38,705 nucleotides of DNA from Treponema sp. UBA4232 (GCA_002396325.1 DGXM01000093.1:1-38705), one strand, 5' to 3'. Counted from the stretch's first letter, positions 17,895-27,213 are shown. Made by a program: numbers and translations. Notes: generated by a model not told the origin, from the letters alone.

Positions 17895-17948
17895 AAAAAA
17901 TCTCCTGTTTTCCGGTGCTCATAGCAACCTGTTGTTTGTAACCCTCTT

Positions 17949-18896
17949 TTATTTCGACTTTTCGTCAAAATCAAAATATTCATTGTAAATCGATGCGTCT
18001 AAAATCTTTATCTTAAGAAGAAGCTCATTGATTTTTTTCGTGCTCTCTTTCGAAAGCAGGTAATAATCCATAAGCCAGAAATAAAGATTCATAAGCCGTG
18101 GAACCAAAAGACTGCTGTTGTTTGCAGGGTCTTTAAGTTCATTTTCCTTGGCATATATTTCCTGTTTGAGCCGTCCGATTTCCTGCGACCGCAAGCCGCG
18201 CTTCACATTGAAAACCCCCAGAAGCACTCCGTAAACCGGAATCCATTCCTTGAGTTCCCTGCCGGCGAATCCTTCATTTTCCACTCTGTCGATGAGACCG
18301 TGAACAAGCGGAGAATCAAGGTTTTCCAAATCAACCTTTTCCGCATCAATGTAAAAGGCTTCTTTGAACAGTATCTTTGCCCATTTTGTTTCTCCGCACA
18401 AATCATAGCAGTCTGCCAGTTCCGCAAGAATTTCGGCCTGGGACGGGTAGAGCGAGTTCGCTGTCTTGAGACTTTCAAGGGCGCTTTCGAAATTTCCCAA
18501 ACGTTTTGAGCAGAGTCCTTTCTTTCGGAAGATTTCCGCCTGCTGTTTCGGGTCGCCGTCATCTTCAACCTGACTGTATTCTTCTACGGCACGTGTGAAC
18601 ACACCTTTTTTAAATGCGTATACACAGCGTGCATCGACATTGTCTATATCCGAAACCCACTTGCTGAAGTTGCACCACTGGCTCATAAGGGTTTCACCCC
18701 TGTCGAACGGAGACTGCCCCTGCAGAGATTCGAAAACATCAATCCAGAAAGCACAGAAACTGATGGCCGTACTTAAATCTTCGTTTTCCAAATCATCGGG
18801 AAGAGCGTTTTCCAATACAACTTTTGCCTGACCCGGCTCTCCCTGCGAAATGTACTCGTGAGCCTCTGACAGTGCAGATGCGGACTGACTAATCAT
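17949..18896 (-). CDS. TPR-repeat hypothetical protein (start probably ATG 18896)
   Basis: TPR-like helices (KGLCSKRLGNFESALESL, LAELADCYDLCG), WIPVYG; head of the operon with greA. Confidence 0.8.
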   Translation of the reverse strand: MISQSASALSEAHEYISQGEPGQAKVVLENALPDDLENEDLSTAISFCAFWIDVFESLQGQSPFDRGETLMSQWCNFSKWVSDIDNVDARCVYAFKKGVFTRAVEEYSQVEDDGDPKQQAEIFRKKGLCSKRLGNFESALESLKTANSLYPSQAEILAELADCYDLCGETKWAKILFKEAFYIDAEKVDLENLDSPLVHGLIDRVENEGFAGRELKEWIPVYGVLLGVFNVKRGLRSQEIGRLKQEIYAKENELKDPANNSSLLVPRLMNLYFWLMDYYLLSKESTKKINELLLKIKILDASIYNEYFDFDEKSK

Positions 18897-18903
18897 ATTT
18901 ACC

Positions 18904-18931
18904 ATTATACTGAAATGCAAACTTTAGTCAA
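18904..18931 (-). promoter_or_regulatory. sigma70 promoter of TPR-greA
   Basis: TTGACT(18931-26)-N16-TATAAT(18909-04)-N7-ATG18896; a second TTGACA(18988-83)-N17-TATAAA lies upstream. Confidence 0.7.
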
Positions 18932-19137
18932 TGAGATTTTTTGTAAAAAACGGGCATATTTTATAATAGTTTTCTTTGTCTTTGTCAACACCTAATCGGC
19001 ATCAGAGTGAAATTTTTTTAAAACCATTTAAACTCGGTCGGGAAAGGCCGGCAAATCCGCCTCGAAACTGCGTTGTCTGTTCCGGGATTGCTGGAAAAGT
19101 GAGCTTCGAGGTTTCTCCGCCGGGTTTTGTCCCTTGC

Positions 19138-20343
19138 TCAGAATTTTATTGATTTGGCTATGGTTCCGCCACCGATTGTTATGCCATTTAAATAGAAGAC
19201 AACCGATTGTCCCGGGGCAACTGCTCTTTGAGGTGTCTCAAAAGTGACTTTCACAGCATCTCCGGTGAATGTTTCTCCTTCCTGAGGCGTGTATGGTTCT
19301 ATCACTGCCGGAACAGGTCTTGAGGCAAGCCTTATTTTCACATTTGCCTCGAATCTGCAGTGAGGATTGTAATCTGCCGGCCAAACAAGGTCATCCGCAA
19401 TGAGGGCAGGACAGAACAAATCCTTGTCTTTTCCGAGCACGACCAGATTTTTTTCTTTGTCTATGGCGGCGACATAAAGGGGCTCTTTCGCGCTTACCCC
19501 GAGTCCGCGGCGCTGACCGATAGTGTAGTGTTCAATTCCACGGTGACGGCCCAGAACGTGACCGTCCAGATCGATTATGTCTCCGGGAACAGATGGCTGG
19601 TCACTGAAAAGAATGTCGAGCATTGCTTCCGGAATAAAGTCCTGACTTTCCTCTCTGTTTGCGGCAAGAAGATTTCTTTCGTGCGCCATGCTGAAAATCT
19701 GCTTTTTGGTGAAGTCTGCAAGAGGAAATCTCACTTTTTCAAGAACCGAAGACGGAAGCCTGTAGAGGAAATACGCCTGGTCTTTGGTTACGTCGGAGGC
19801 AAGGGCAATCTGAGCCGGTCTTTCTTTTCCCTCGGGACTGTCTGATGCCTCCGGTCCGTAGAGTGATGACACGGGTGAGTCTCCGCGCACAACTTTCGCG
19901 TAATGTCCCGTGCAGAAATAATCGTATTCAATACCCATCGTTTGGATTCCCGCAAGAAGTGCTCCGAATTTGATGAAGCGGTTGCATCTTATGCAGGGAT
20001 TGGGAGTGCGTCCTGCGCGGTATTCGGATTTGAAGTATTCCAACACCTGTTTTTTGTATTCCTCCCGCACGTCAATCACGTGGTAAGGAACATCGTTTTC
20101 GGCGCAGAATTTCCTGCATTCCTCTATGTCAAGCTCTTCTCCCGGCCCGTAGCAGCTTTCATGGATAAATGCATCTTTGGGCAGATCCGGCATATCGTTG
20201 TTCCAGAGAGCCATGGTAACGCCTGTTACGATGCATCCGCGCTCCTTCAAGAGCAAAACCGTCATGGTGGAGTCAACACCGCCCGACATCCCGACTGCAA
20301 CGCGGTCTCCTGCCTTGGGAAGTTCTAGTGCTGAGTATGTCAT
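19138..20343 (-). CDS. mnmA: tRNA 2-thiouridine(34) synthase
   Basis: GMSGGVDS, GRTPNPCIRCN, TGHYA, KDQAYFL, YTIGQRRGLG, APGQS. Confidence 0.96.
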   Translation of the reverse strand: MTYSALELPKAGDRVAVGMSGGVDSTMTVLLLKERGCIVTGVTMALWNNDMPDLPKDAFIHESCYGPGEELDIEECRKFCAENDVPYHVIDVREEYKKQVLEYFKSEYRAGRTPNPCIRCNRFIKFGALLAGIQTMGIEYDYFCTGHYAKVVRGDSPVSSLYGPEASDSPEGKERPAQIALASDVTKDQAYFLYRLPSSVLEKVRFPLADFTKKQIFSMAHERNLLAANREESQDFIPEAMLDILFSDQPSVPGDIIDLDGHVLGRHRGIEHYTIGQRRGLGVSAKEPLYVAAIDKEKNLVVLGKDKDLFCPALIADDLVWPADYNPHCRFEANVKIRLASRPVPAVIEPYTPQEGETFTGDAVKVTFETPQRAVAPGQSVVFYLNGITIGGGTIAKSIKF

Positions 20344-20355
20344 GGAATTTCTCCT

Positions 20356-21246
20356 TTAATTTACGTCTACTGTGTATGAAGAACTCACGGTGGTGCCGAG
20401 TATGTCAGTGAGAGCAATGGTGATGGTGTTTCTTCCCCTGTTCAACTGGATGTTTCCGAGAAGCTGCTTTTCACTGTCCGGATAAACTTCCTCAACGGGA
20501 TACGGTTCATTTCCGCTGACGCAGAGTTTGCCGTTTGTCTCGCGGAGGGTGTCGTATGTTGTGTTTTCAACCGTGGCTCCGTTGATTGCGATGGATGTTT
20601 TGTACGGCACTGCAACAGTCTGCCTTGCGTGGTATACTGCATATTTTCCTGATGAAATGTAGCGGTCTGTGGAAAGATTGTACAACCCCTTTGCGCCCCG
20701 CAATGTGACTTTTCCTATTTCGAGTGGAAGCTCGGCACCCATTCTGGGCATAAGATTCCTGGGATTTATAGCCGCTGAATTCTGTGTGTCAAGCACTTGG
20801 AATTCAAGACAGCTTTGTCCTTCCTGCCATCCTGAGTTGCCGCTTACGGCAAGGGCTGTTCCTCCTGAGATTGTATCGGGGGAATAGATTACGTCTTCCA
20901 GGGTTTCACCGTCAAGATTTCCGTAGACTGTGGAAAAATTATCATCGTGTGCTATGATGACCGCGTTTCCCAAAGTCGATTCAAACCAGCCGAAATCGTC
21001 TGTGTGTTCGGTGATGACTGCTGCAACTATTCCGTCCTGGGCGGTTTTTACGGTGGAGTTGTCTTTGAAAATAAGGGAGGTCTCGATTGTCCCTCCGCGG
21101 AGCTGTCCGAAATATGAAAAGAAAGAGTCCGAGGATGTTTCGTCCTGCGGCCAGTCAAAGGCAAGAGCCGCTCCAGCCGCGATGGTCAGAACCGCTGATG
21201 CCAGAAGAATTTTTTTATATGATTTGTGATTGCGTTTTTTTTCCAT
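20356..21246 (-). CDS. Secreted M23/LytM-fold protein with degenerate Zn site (start ATG 21246)
   Basis: SD AAGGAG; signal peptide ending ALA-F; FDWP, GNAVIIAH, SGNSG, INP; no HxxxD or HxH motif. Confidence 0.78.
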   Translation of the reverse strand: MEKKRNHKSYKKILLASAVLTIAAGAALAFDWPQDETSSDSFFSYFGQLRGGTIETSLIFKDNSTVKTAQDGIVAAVITEHTDDFGWFESTLGNAVIIAHDDNFSTVYGNLDGETLEDVIYSPDTISGGTALAVSGNSGWQEGQSCLEFQVLDTQNSAAINPRNLMPRMGAELPLEIGKVTLRGAKGLYNLSTDRYISSGKYAVYHARQTVAVPYKTSIAINGATVENTTYDTLRETNGKLCVSGNEPYPVEEVYPDSEKQLLGNIQLNRGRNTITIALTDILGTTVSSSYTVDVN

Positions 21247-21266
21247 ATTAGTCTCCTTGGAAAATG

Positions 21267-22331
21267 TCATTTTCTTACGACTGTGACTCTTGAAATCTTG
21301 TCGTCCCTTCCGATGTAAAGAGCGTCCCCGTCCATTTTGATGAAAGCACAGTTTGCTTTGAATGTGTGGGAGGCAAGGGGATGATTCATTGGTTCGAGTA
21401 TTGTCACGTTGTATGACTCTCCGTTTCTGCTCAAGATGCATACCAGTCCTGTTGTGTCCGATTCCTCAATCTGCACAATGTGGCCTTCAAGTGGCACATG
21501 ATGGCTTTTTAGTTCAGTAAGGTCCGCGATTCCAAGTCCTCCGTTGAAATTGAAATAGACTGTGTTTCCGCTTTTGTTGAACTGCACGAGGGACTGTCCG
21601 TTGTAATCTTTCGGAAGATATTCGTGGAAAATGATTTTGCTGTGGCTTTCAGAGGTTTTCTGGGCAATCACGAAGCGCTGTCTATTCCTTCCTGAAATGC
21701 AGGCGATTGTATTGCCGTCTGCCGATATGCCGACTCCAAGGGTTACAGACACATCACTTCCGCCCGGTGCGAATTTCTGATTCACTTTTCCGTCGTTTGT
21801 GAACGCCACTACCGTTCCGTCTGCAAATCCGGCTACAGTGCCTCCTTCACTGGAGGAGAATGCCGTTATGGGTGCGTAGCTTTCATACTGCCACACGGTT
21901 TTTCCGCTTTCATCACAGCGTGCGAATGAAGTGCCGCCTGGAAGGAAAAGATAAAGCCTGTCTTTGTCGAAGAAAGGAAATCCTTTTTCTGAAATAAGGC
22001 CCGCCTGTTGGCCTCTGTTGTCGAAGAACTGTGTTTCGGTGTTGTCGGCACCATAAGCTGCGTAGAATGAGTCGGATATGGTTGCCTTGAAGGCATATGA
22101 GGTGAATGATGTGATTCTTCCGTCTTCTGTGAAAAAACCTATGTTTTGTCCGAGTCTGTACGGGTACATCTTGTCATCTTCTCTGGGCAGTGTAGTGTTG
22201 CTGATTGAAACCGTCCATTCAGGGGTAAGACTGAGTTCCTCCCCAAGCTGGCGGAATGCAAAAATCAGATAAAGCACGCAGAATACAATAACCACTATGA
22301 AAATTTTCTTACTTTTCTTATTCTTTGCCAT
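21267..22331 (-). CDS. Membrane-anchored beta-propeller-like (WD40/PQQ-like) protein
   Basis: Basic N-terminus plus TM, then beta-rich blades (GKTVWQY, AGFADGTV, ISADGNTIA, FNKSGNTVY). Confidence 0.72.
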   Translation of the reverse strand: MAKNKKSKKIFIVVIVFCVLYLIFAFRQLGEELSLTPEWTVSISNTTLPREDDKMYPYRLGQNIGFFTEDGRITSFTSYAFKATISDSFYAAYGADNTETQFFDNRGQQAGLISEKGFPFFDKDRLYLFLPGGTSFARCDESGKTVWQYESYAPITAFSSSEGGTVAGFADGTVVAFTNDGKVNQKFAPGGSDVSVTLGVGISADGNTIACISGRNRQRFVIAQKTSESHSKIIFHEYLPKDYNGQSLVQFNKSGNTVYFNFNGGLGIADLTELKSHHVPLEGHIVQIEESDTTGLVCILSRNGESYNVTILEPMNHPLASHTFKANCAFIKMDGDALYIGRDDKISRVTVVRK

Positions 22332-22339
22332 AATGCTAC

Positions 22340-22368
22340 ATAATAGTAGAAAGTTGAATGTTATGCAA
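22340..22368 (-). promoter_or_regulatory. sigma70 promoter of propeller-M23-mnmA
   Basis: TTGCAT(22368-63)-N17-TATTAT(22345-40)-N8-ATG22331. Confidence 0.65.
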
Positions 22369-22474
22369 GGGATTGTTTACTATGTTTTGAGAACTCTCGA
22401 TAAAGTTTTCTCTTGAGTTTGTCTTGAGGTTGACTTGTTTCCCCGAAGATGCTTTTAAAGACTGAAGGGGGGGG

Positions 22475-22503
22475 TTCAAATAAAATTGTTTTTTTGCTAC
22501 ACT
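22475..22503 (+). promoter_or_regulatory. Candidate recA operon promoter (extended -10)
   Basis: TTCAAA(22475-80)-N17-TACACT(22498-503) with TGn before the -10; G8 tract immediately upstream. Confidence 0.45.
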
Positions 22504-22727
22504 GTTCCAAGTGTAAAGTCGTGAAAAATAAAAAAAATCTCTTTTTTTATGTCGGATTTTGATTTTTTGCGCATATTATATAGATGAGGGATGTGCGGAA
22601 GAATGCCTTTAAGCGTCCCCCGGGGCATTTTTAAAACAACGGTTTTCAAAATGTCTGAAATCAATAAAGGCGACGTCGAAAAACTGATGTTTTTTGAAGT
22701 TCCCTAAAGGCTTTTTTGGAGGAAACG

Positions 22728-24032
22728 GTGGCAAAGGCTGTTGAGGAAAAGGCTCCGTCTACGATGACGGAAAAATTGAAAGCACTGGAGGCGGCACGTC
22801 TTCAGATTGAAAAGGATTTCGGCTCAGGCTCCCTTATGAAAATGGGATCCAAGACAGACATCACTTCTGTTGATGTGATTCCTTCCGGATCAATTCTTTT
22901 GGACGAGGCTCTTGGTGTGGGCGGTTATCCCCGTGGAAGAATCATCGAAATGTACGGACCTGAAAGCTCGGGAAAAACGACTCTCGCACTTCATGCTGTT
23001 GCAGAGGCCCAGAAACTCGGTGGAATTGCGGCATTTATCGATGCCGAGCACGCACTTGATCCTGTGTATGCAAAAAATCTGGGAGTGAATATAGATGAGC
23101 TTTGGGTCTCCCAGCCGGATACAGGGGAACAGGCTCTCGGCATTTGTGAAAATCTCGTGAGATCCGGTGCGGTTGATATCATCGTCATCGACTCAGTGGC
23201 GGCCCTTACTCCGCAGAAGGAAATTGAAGGTGAGATGGGGGACTCCGTTATGGGTGTCCAGGCACGTCTTATGAGCCAGGCATTGCGCAAACTTACTGCA
23301 ATCGTAGGTAAAAGCAAATGCACCATTGTTTTCATAAACCAGATCCGCATGAAAATCGGCGTGATGTTCGGAAATCCCGAGACCACAACCGGTGGTAATG
23401 CCCTCAAATTCTATTCATCAATCCGTCTGGACATAAGGCGCATTGAAACAATCGACGGAAAGGGTGATGAGGATGCTCTTGGAAACCGCGTAAGAGTAAA
23501 GGTCGTGAAAAACAAAGTGGCTCCTCCGTTCCGCAAAGTGGAGCTGGACATCTACTTCGGAAAAGGGGTGTCTGCAGCCGCTTCATTGCTTGATTCCGCC
23601 GTTAAACACGGACTTATTGACAAAAGGGGCGCATGGTACACCAGAGGTGAGGAAAAGGTCGGTCAGGGAAAGGAAAATGCCGTCAGTTTCATCGAAAACA
23701 ACCCTGATTACCGCATTGAACTGGAGCATACTCTACGTGAAAAGATTTTTCCTGGTCAGGTTCTGCGCACAAAGGAAGGTGAGGTTGTCACGGAAGAGCA
23801 GATTCGCGAATATGAAAAGCAGATGCGTGCAAAAGGAGTGGGAACAGGTTTGGTTCAGCCTACAGCAGAGCAGAATACCGATGGAAAGACTCCCGATGCG
23901 GCTGCGGCGGTGAATGTTCCCGGGAAAACGGCTTCTGATGATGGTGGAAAAAAGCCTGCCGCACGTACCAAGACAGCTTCCCTTGCAAAGGCTGCCGCTT
24001 CCGACAAACCGGTTCCTGAGGAATTGTTTTGA
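22728..24032 (+). CDS. recA: Recombinase RecA with C-terminal extension (GTG start)
   Basis: [49 protein letters not shown]; SD GGAGG 5 nt before GTG22728. Confidence 0.98.
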   Translation: MAKAVEEKAPSTMTEKLKALEAARLQIEKDFGSGSLMKMGSKTDITSVDVIPSGSILLDEALGVGGYPRGRIIEMYGPESSGKTTLALHAVAEAQKLGGIAAFIDAEHALDPVYAKNLGVNIDELWVSQPDTGEQALGICENLVRSGAVDIIVIDSVAALTPQKEIEGEMGDSVMGVQARLMSQALRKLTAIVGKSKCTIVFINQIRMKIGVMFGNPETTTGGNALKFYSSIRLDIRRIETIDGKGDEDALGNRVRVKVVKNKVAPPFRKVELDIYFGKGVSAAASLLDSAVKHGLIDKRGAWYTRGEEKVGQGKENAVSFIENNPDYRIELEHTLREKIFPGQVLRTKEGEVVTEEQIREYEKQMRAKGVGTGLVQPTAEQNTDGKTPDAAAAVNVPGKTASDDGGKKPAARTKTASLAKAAASDKPVPEELF

Positions 24033-24634
24033 AATATCAGGTGATTCTGGGCTTGGGGTCGAACAGGTCCTTTGAAGGTAATACGCCACTGGAACTTTTG
24101 GCCCTGTCCTGCATCAGACTGGGGGAATTCATAGAGGACATTGAATGGTCTTCGGTGTACCGCACGGAGGCAATGTATGTGAAGGCCCAGGATGATTTTC
24201 ACAATATGGCTGTGACGGGCATTTTTGAGGGGAGTCCCCGCAGTCTGTTGGAAAAAATCCATATTGTCGAGGCATCGTTCGGCAGGGACCGCCGTAGGGA
24301 ATTCCGCAATGGTCCCCGTCCGCTGGATATCGACATCGAGGTTTTCGGTTCCGAGAAGGTTGATGAGCCTGATCTGCAGATTCCGCATCCCCGCATGGGT
24401 GAAAGGGCTTTCGTTCTTGTGCCTGTGCTTGAGGTTTTAAAAAAAAATGCCGATGCTCATAAGGATAGCATCAGCTTGTATGAAAAGAAACTTTCGGTTC
24501 TGGATGGTCAGCGTGTGGATTTTGCATTGGACAGTCAGGATTTCGGACGGCTCGTTTACAGGCTGAGGCAGGGTGGGGAAAAATATGGAAGAGACAGAAA
24601 ATACGGCGGAAAATCAGGTTTCACAGAAACGTAA
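24029..24634 (+). CDS. folK: 6-hydroxymethyl-7,8-dihydropterin pyrophosphokinase (HPPK)
   Basis: [43 protein letters not shown]; TTG start overlaps the recA stop. Confidence 0.93.
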   Translation: MKYQVILGLGSNRSFEGNTPLELLALSCIRLGEFIEDIEWSSVYRTEAMYVKAQDDFHNMAVTGIFEGSPRSLLEKIHIVEASFGRDRRREFRNGPRPLDIDIEVFGSEKVDEPDLQIPHPRMGERAFVLVPVLEVLKKNADAHKDSISLYEKKLSVLDGQRVDFALDSQDFGRLVYRLRQGGEKYGRDRKYGGKSGFTET

Positions 24635-25358
24635 ATTCACTGCGGGGCATTTCGAAGGTCCCCTTGATTTGCTTTGGAGTCTGATTCGGGAAAACAAAAT
24701 AAATGTGTACGATATTCCCATTGCAGAGATAACCGACCAATTCCTTGATTATCTGGATTATGCGGTTGAGCTTAATCTTCAGGACCTCAGTGAATTCTAT
24801 GTTTGGGCTGCAAAACTCGTCTGCATAAAAAGCCGTATGCTGCTTCCGGTTGAAGTGTCTTATGACGATGATGAAAGCATGGAAGATCCCCGCGAGGAAC
24901 TGGTTGAGACTCTGATTGAATACCAGAGGTTCAAAAAACTTTCTTCATTGATGGAAGAGCAGGAGGAACAGAGCGAGTGGAGCTTTGAACGCAAGAAGAT
25001 TGAGCGTTTTCTTCCGTTTGAAAATGACGAGAATCAGTGGGAAAAAATGGATCCCTGGGCACTCCTTCAGGACATGCAGAAGATTTTCCGAAACCTGACT
25101 AACGTGAATCCTGATGAAAGGATTCTTAACATGAACGAGGACATCACCACAAACGAAAAGATTGCCCTCATGAACGAGCTTCTAGAGAAAAACGGTGAGT
25201 GCATGTTCACGGATTTGATTACCCGGCGGGGTAATGAGCTTGACGTGATTTGTGCTTTCATGGCTTTGCTTGAGGCTGTAAAAAATAAATTGGCAGAGAT
25301 ATATCAGAACAGAATGTTTGGAGACATAAAGATATGCAGGAAGAACAAGGCAGCGTAG
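24585..25358 (+). CDS. scpA: Segregation/condensation protein A (kleisin)
   Basis: FEGPLDLL, IAEITDQF, IKSRMLLP, DPREELV, FMALLE. Confidence 0.95.
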   Translation: MEETENTAENQVSQKRKFTAGHFEGPLDLLWSLIRENKINVYDIPIAEITDQFLDYLDYAVELNLQDLSEFYVWAAKLVCIKSRMLLPVEVSYDDDESMEDPREELVETLIEYQRFKKLSSLMEEQEEQSEWSFERKKIERFLPFENDENQWEKMDPWALLQDMQKIFRNLTNVNPDERILNMNEDITTNEKIALMNELLEKNGECMFTDLITRRGNELDVICAFMALLEAVKNKLAEIYQNRMFGDIKICRKNKAA

Positions 25359-26347
25359 AGACTACTGCTCAGACCGAGAATGTTGCGGATTTGCCGGCAG
25401 CGGAAAAAAATCCGGTGGAAGAAGCTCCGGTGAAAGTGAAAAAGACAAAGAAAAAGACATCGAAAAAAAAGCCTTCAATTCCTACAGTCGAAGCTGTAGT
25501 GGCTTCGGAAACGGAATATGAAAGAGAAGGTTCTTCTGATGCGGCTGAAAAAAATCAGGAGTCTGAAGAGTCTGTGGATCAGGTAAAATCCCCGGAGACG
25601 GAGGAAACTGCCGGTGAAGAAAATGATTCCGACTCATCTTCGGAAAATATATCTGAGGAAAAGCTGCACGAAGCGGATGAAGAAAAAGTTTCCGAGTCCG
25701 TGAGAAATGACGCAGAGGAAGAAAACCGGGAGCCTGGAGAAAAATACGAGGAAGAGCCTGATTCCGATGAAATGGAAAAAGAGGAGTTGGAGAGCCGCCG
25801 TACAAATCTCAGCACCGACAGTGAAGCCGCACTTCTGGAAACTGTTCTCTTCCTTGAGAGCGAACCCCAGCCTGTTGAAGCACTTGCAAAAATCACCCAG
25901 CTGCCGGAAGATGTAATAAACGACTGTGTTGCCCGTCTTCAGGAAAAATATGCCGATGCCGACTCGGGAATCGAACTTTCCAAAATAATCGGCGGTTGGA
26001 TTCTGACACCGAAAAAAGAATGTTTTGATTTGGTGAAGGAGCGTTACGGTAAAAAGAACGAGGGGAGATTGAGCAAGGCGGCCATAGAGACTCTTTCAAT
26101 CATCGCATACAGCCAGCCGATCACCCGTGCAGAAATAGAATCTATCCGCCATGTGAGTGCCGACAACATGATGCGCATCTTAATAGAAAGAAAATTCATA
26201 AAGGAAGTAGGCAAAAAGGATATTCCCGGAAAGCCCGTTATGTACGGAACCACAAAGGAATTCCTCGAATTCTTCCATCTCCAGAGTATAGCTGATTTGC
26301 CGCAGCTTGACGAAAAAGAAAGCGAGAGGTTCGAACTTGCCCGTTGA
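25334..26347 (+). CDS. scpB: SMC-Scp subunit ScpB with long Lys/Glu-rich N-terminal extension (start uncertain)
   Basis: LETVLF, LSKAAIETLSIIAYSQPITRAEIE, PGKPVMYGTTKEFL. Confidence 0.93.
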   Translation: MQEEQGSVETTAQTENVADLPAAEKNPVEEAPVKVKKTKKKTSKKKPSIPTVEAVVASETEYEREGSSDAAEKNQESEESVDQVKSPETEETAGEENDSDSSSENISEEKLHEADEEKVSESVRNDAEEENREPGEKYEEEPDSDEMEKEELESRRTNLSTDSEAALLETVLFLESEPQPVEALAKITQLPEDVINDCVARLQEKYADADSGIELSKIIGGWILTPKKECFDLVKERYGKKNEGRLSKAAIETLSIIAYSQPITRAEIESIRHVSADNMMRILIERKFIKEVGKKDIPGKPVMYGTTKEFLEFFHLQSIADLPQLDEKESERFELAR

Positions 26348-27080
26348 AAATCAGAATGGACGCACAAAAGATTCCTGGCGTCTCCAGCATTTTATGGCTC
26401 TTTGCGGTGTGGCCAGCCGCCGTGCTTCGGAGGAAATCATAACATCGGGCCGCGTTTCGGTTAACGGAGATGTTGTGACTGAACTTGGTACAAAAGTCTC
26501 TCTTTCGGATAAAGTCTGTGTTGACGGAAAAGAAATATCCATGGAAGAGACAAAGCGTTATGTGCTTCTGAACAAGCCGGCAGGATACGTGTGTTCTCTT
26601 TCCGACGAAAAGGGGCGTCCTGTTGCGGCTGATCTTCTGAAGACAGCATACAGCGAAAGACTTTACAACGTGGGACGTCTCGACATGTTCTCATGCGGCC
26701 TGATTCTTTTCACAAACGACGGTGATTTTGCGGCTACTTTGTCCCATCCCTCTGCGGAGCTTGAAAAGGAATACATTGTTGATACCAGCGTGCCCATGCC
26801 GCGTTTTCTTGCCCAGGATTTCATGAGGGGAATCAGAATCGACAATGTTTTTTACAGGTGCAAGGAAGCTGTTGAGCTTAATTCCCACCGCATGCGTGTT
26901 GTCCTTGTGGAAGGAAAGAACCGTGAGATACGGCGTGTATTCGAATCTCGTGAAGTAGGCATAAAGAGTCTTATGCGCGTGAGAATCGGAAACATCGGAG
27001 TCGGGGGACTTCAGTACGGCCAGTTCAGGGATCTTGTCCCGGCGGAAGTACAGGCTCTTTTGAGATTGTGCAAAAAATAA
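26337..27080 (+). CDS. RsuA/RluB-family rRNA pseudouridine synthase
   Basis: RLQHFMA.CGVASRRA (S4), LNKPAG, GRLD, EGKNREIRR; position after scpB is typical of rluB; SD GAGGT before TTG26337. Confidence 0.92.
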   Translation: MPVENQNGRTKDSWRLQHFMALCGVASRRASEEIITSGRVSVNGDVVTELGTKVSLSDKVCVDGKEISMEETKRYVLLNKPAGYVCSLSDEKGRPVAADLLKTAYSERLYNVGRLDMFSCGLILFTNDGDFAATLSHPSAELEKEYIVDTSVPMPRFLAQDFMRGIRIDNVFYRCKEAVELNSHRMRVVLVEGKNREIRRVFESREVGIKSLMRVRIGNIGVGGLQYGQFRDLVPAEVQALLRLCKK

Positions 27081-27213
27081 AGTGAGTTTGCGTTGCAAAC
27101 TGCATATTGAAGTGTTCGCTCACGCGGACGCTGAAAAAGTCAGGCATGAAGTTGTTTGGGCAGCGGAGCTTCCAGCAGACTTTTCCCTTGGCTTTTTATA
27201 GGAGTTGATACAA

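Noticed and set aside
19030-19125. SRP RNA
   Set aside because: Lacks the conserved CAGG...GGAA...AGCAG domain IV motif on either strand
21247-21441. ORF-track 5' extension of the M23 gene (likewise MBL 15056-15118 and TPR 18897-18920)
   Set aside because: These extensions overlap a neighbouring gene, terminator or promoter; downstream ATGs have better SD or promoter context
22566-22593. dif-like site (TTTGCGCATAT-TATATA)
   Set aside because: The XerC-like arm and spacer resemble dif, but the normally best-conserved XerD arm (TTATGTTAAAT) is absent
22332-22727. LexA/SOS box upstream of recA
   Set aside because: No convincing CTGT-N8-ACAG, GAAC-N4-GTTC or TTTG-N5-CAAA palindrome seen; TTTGCTAC is only a half match
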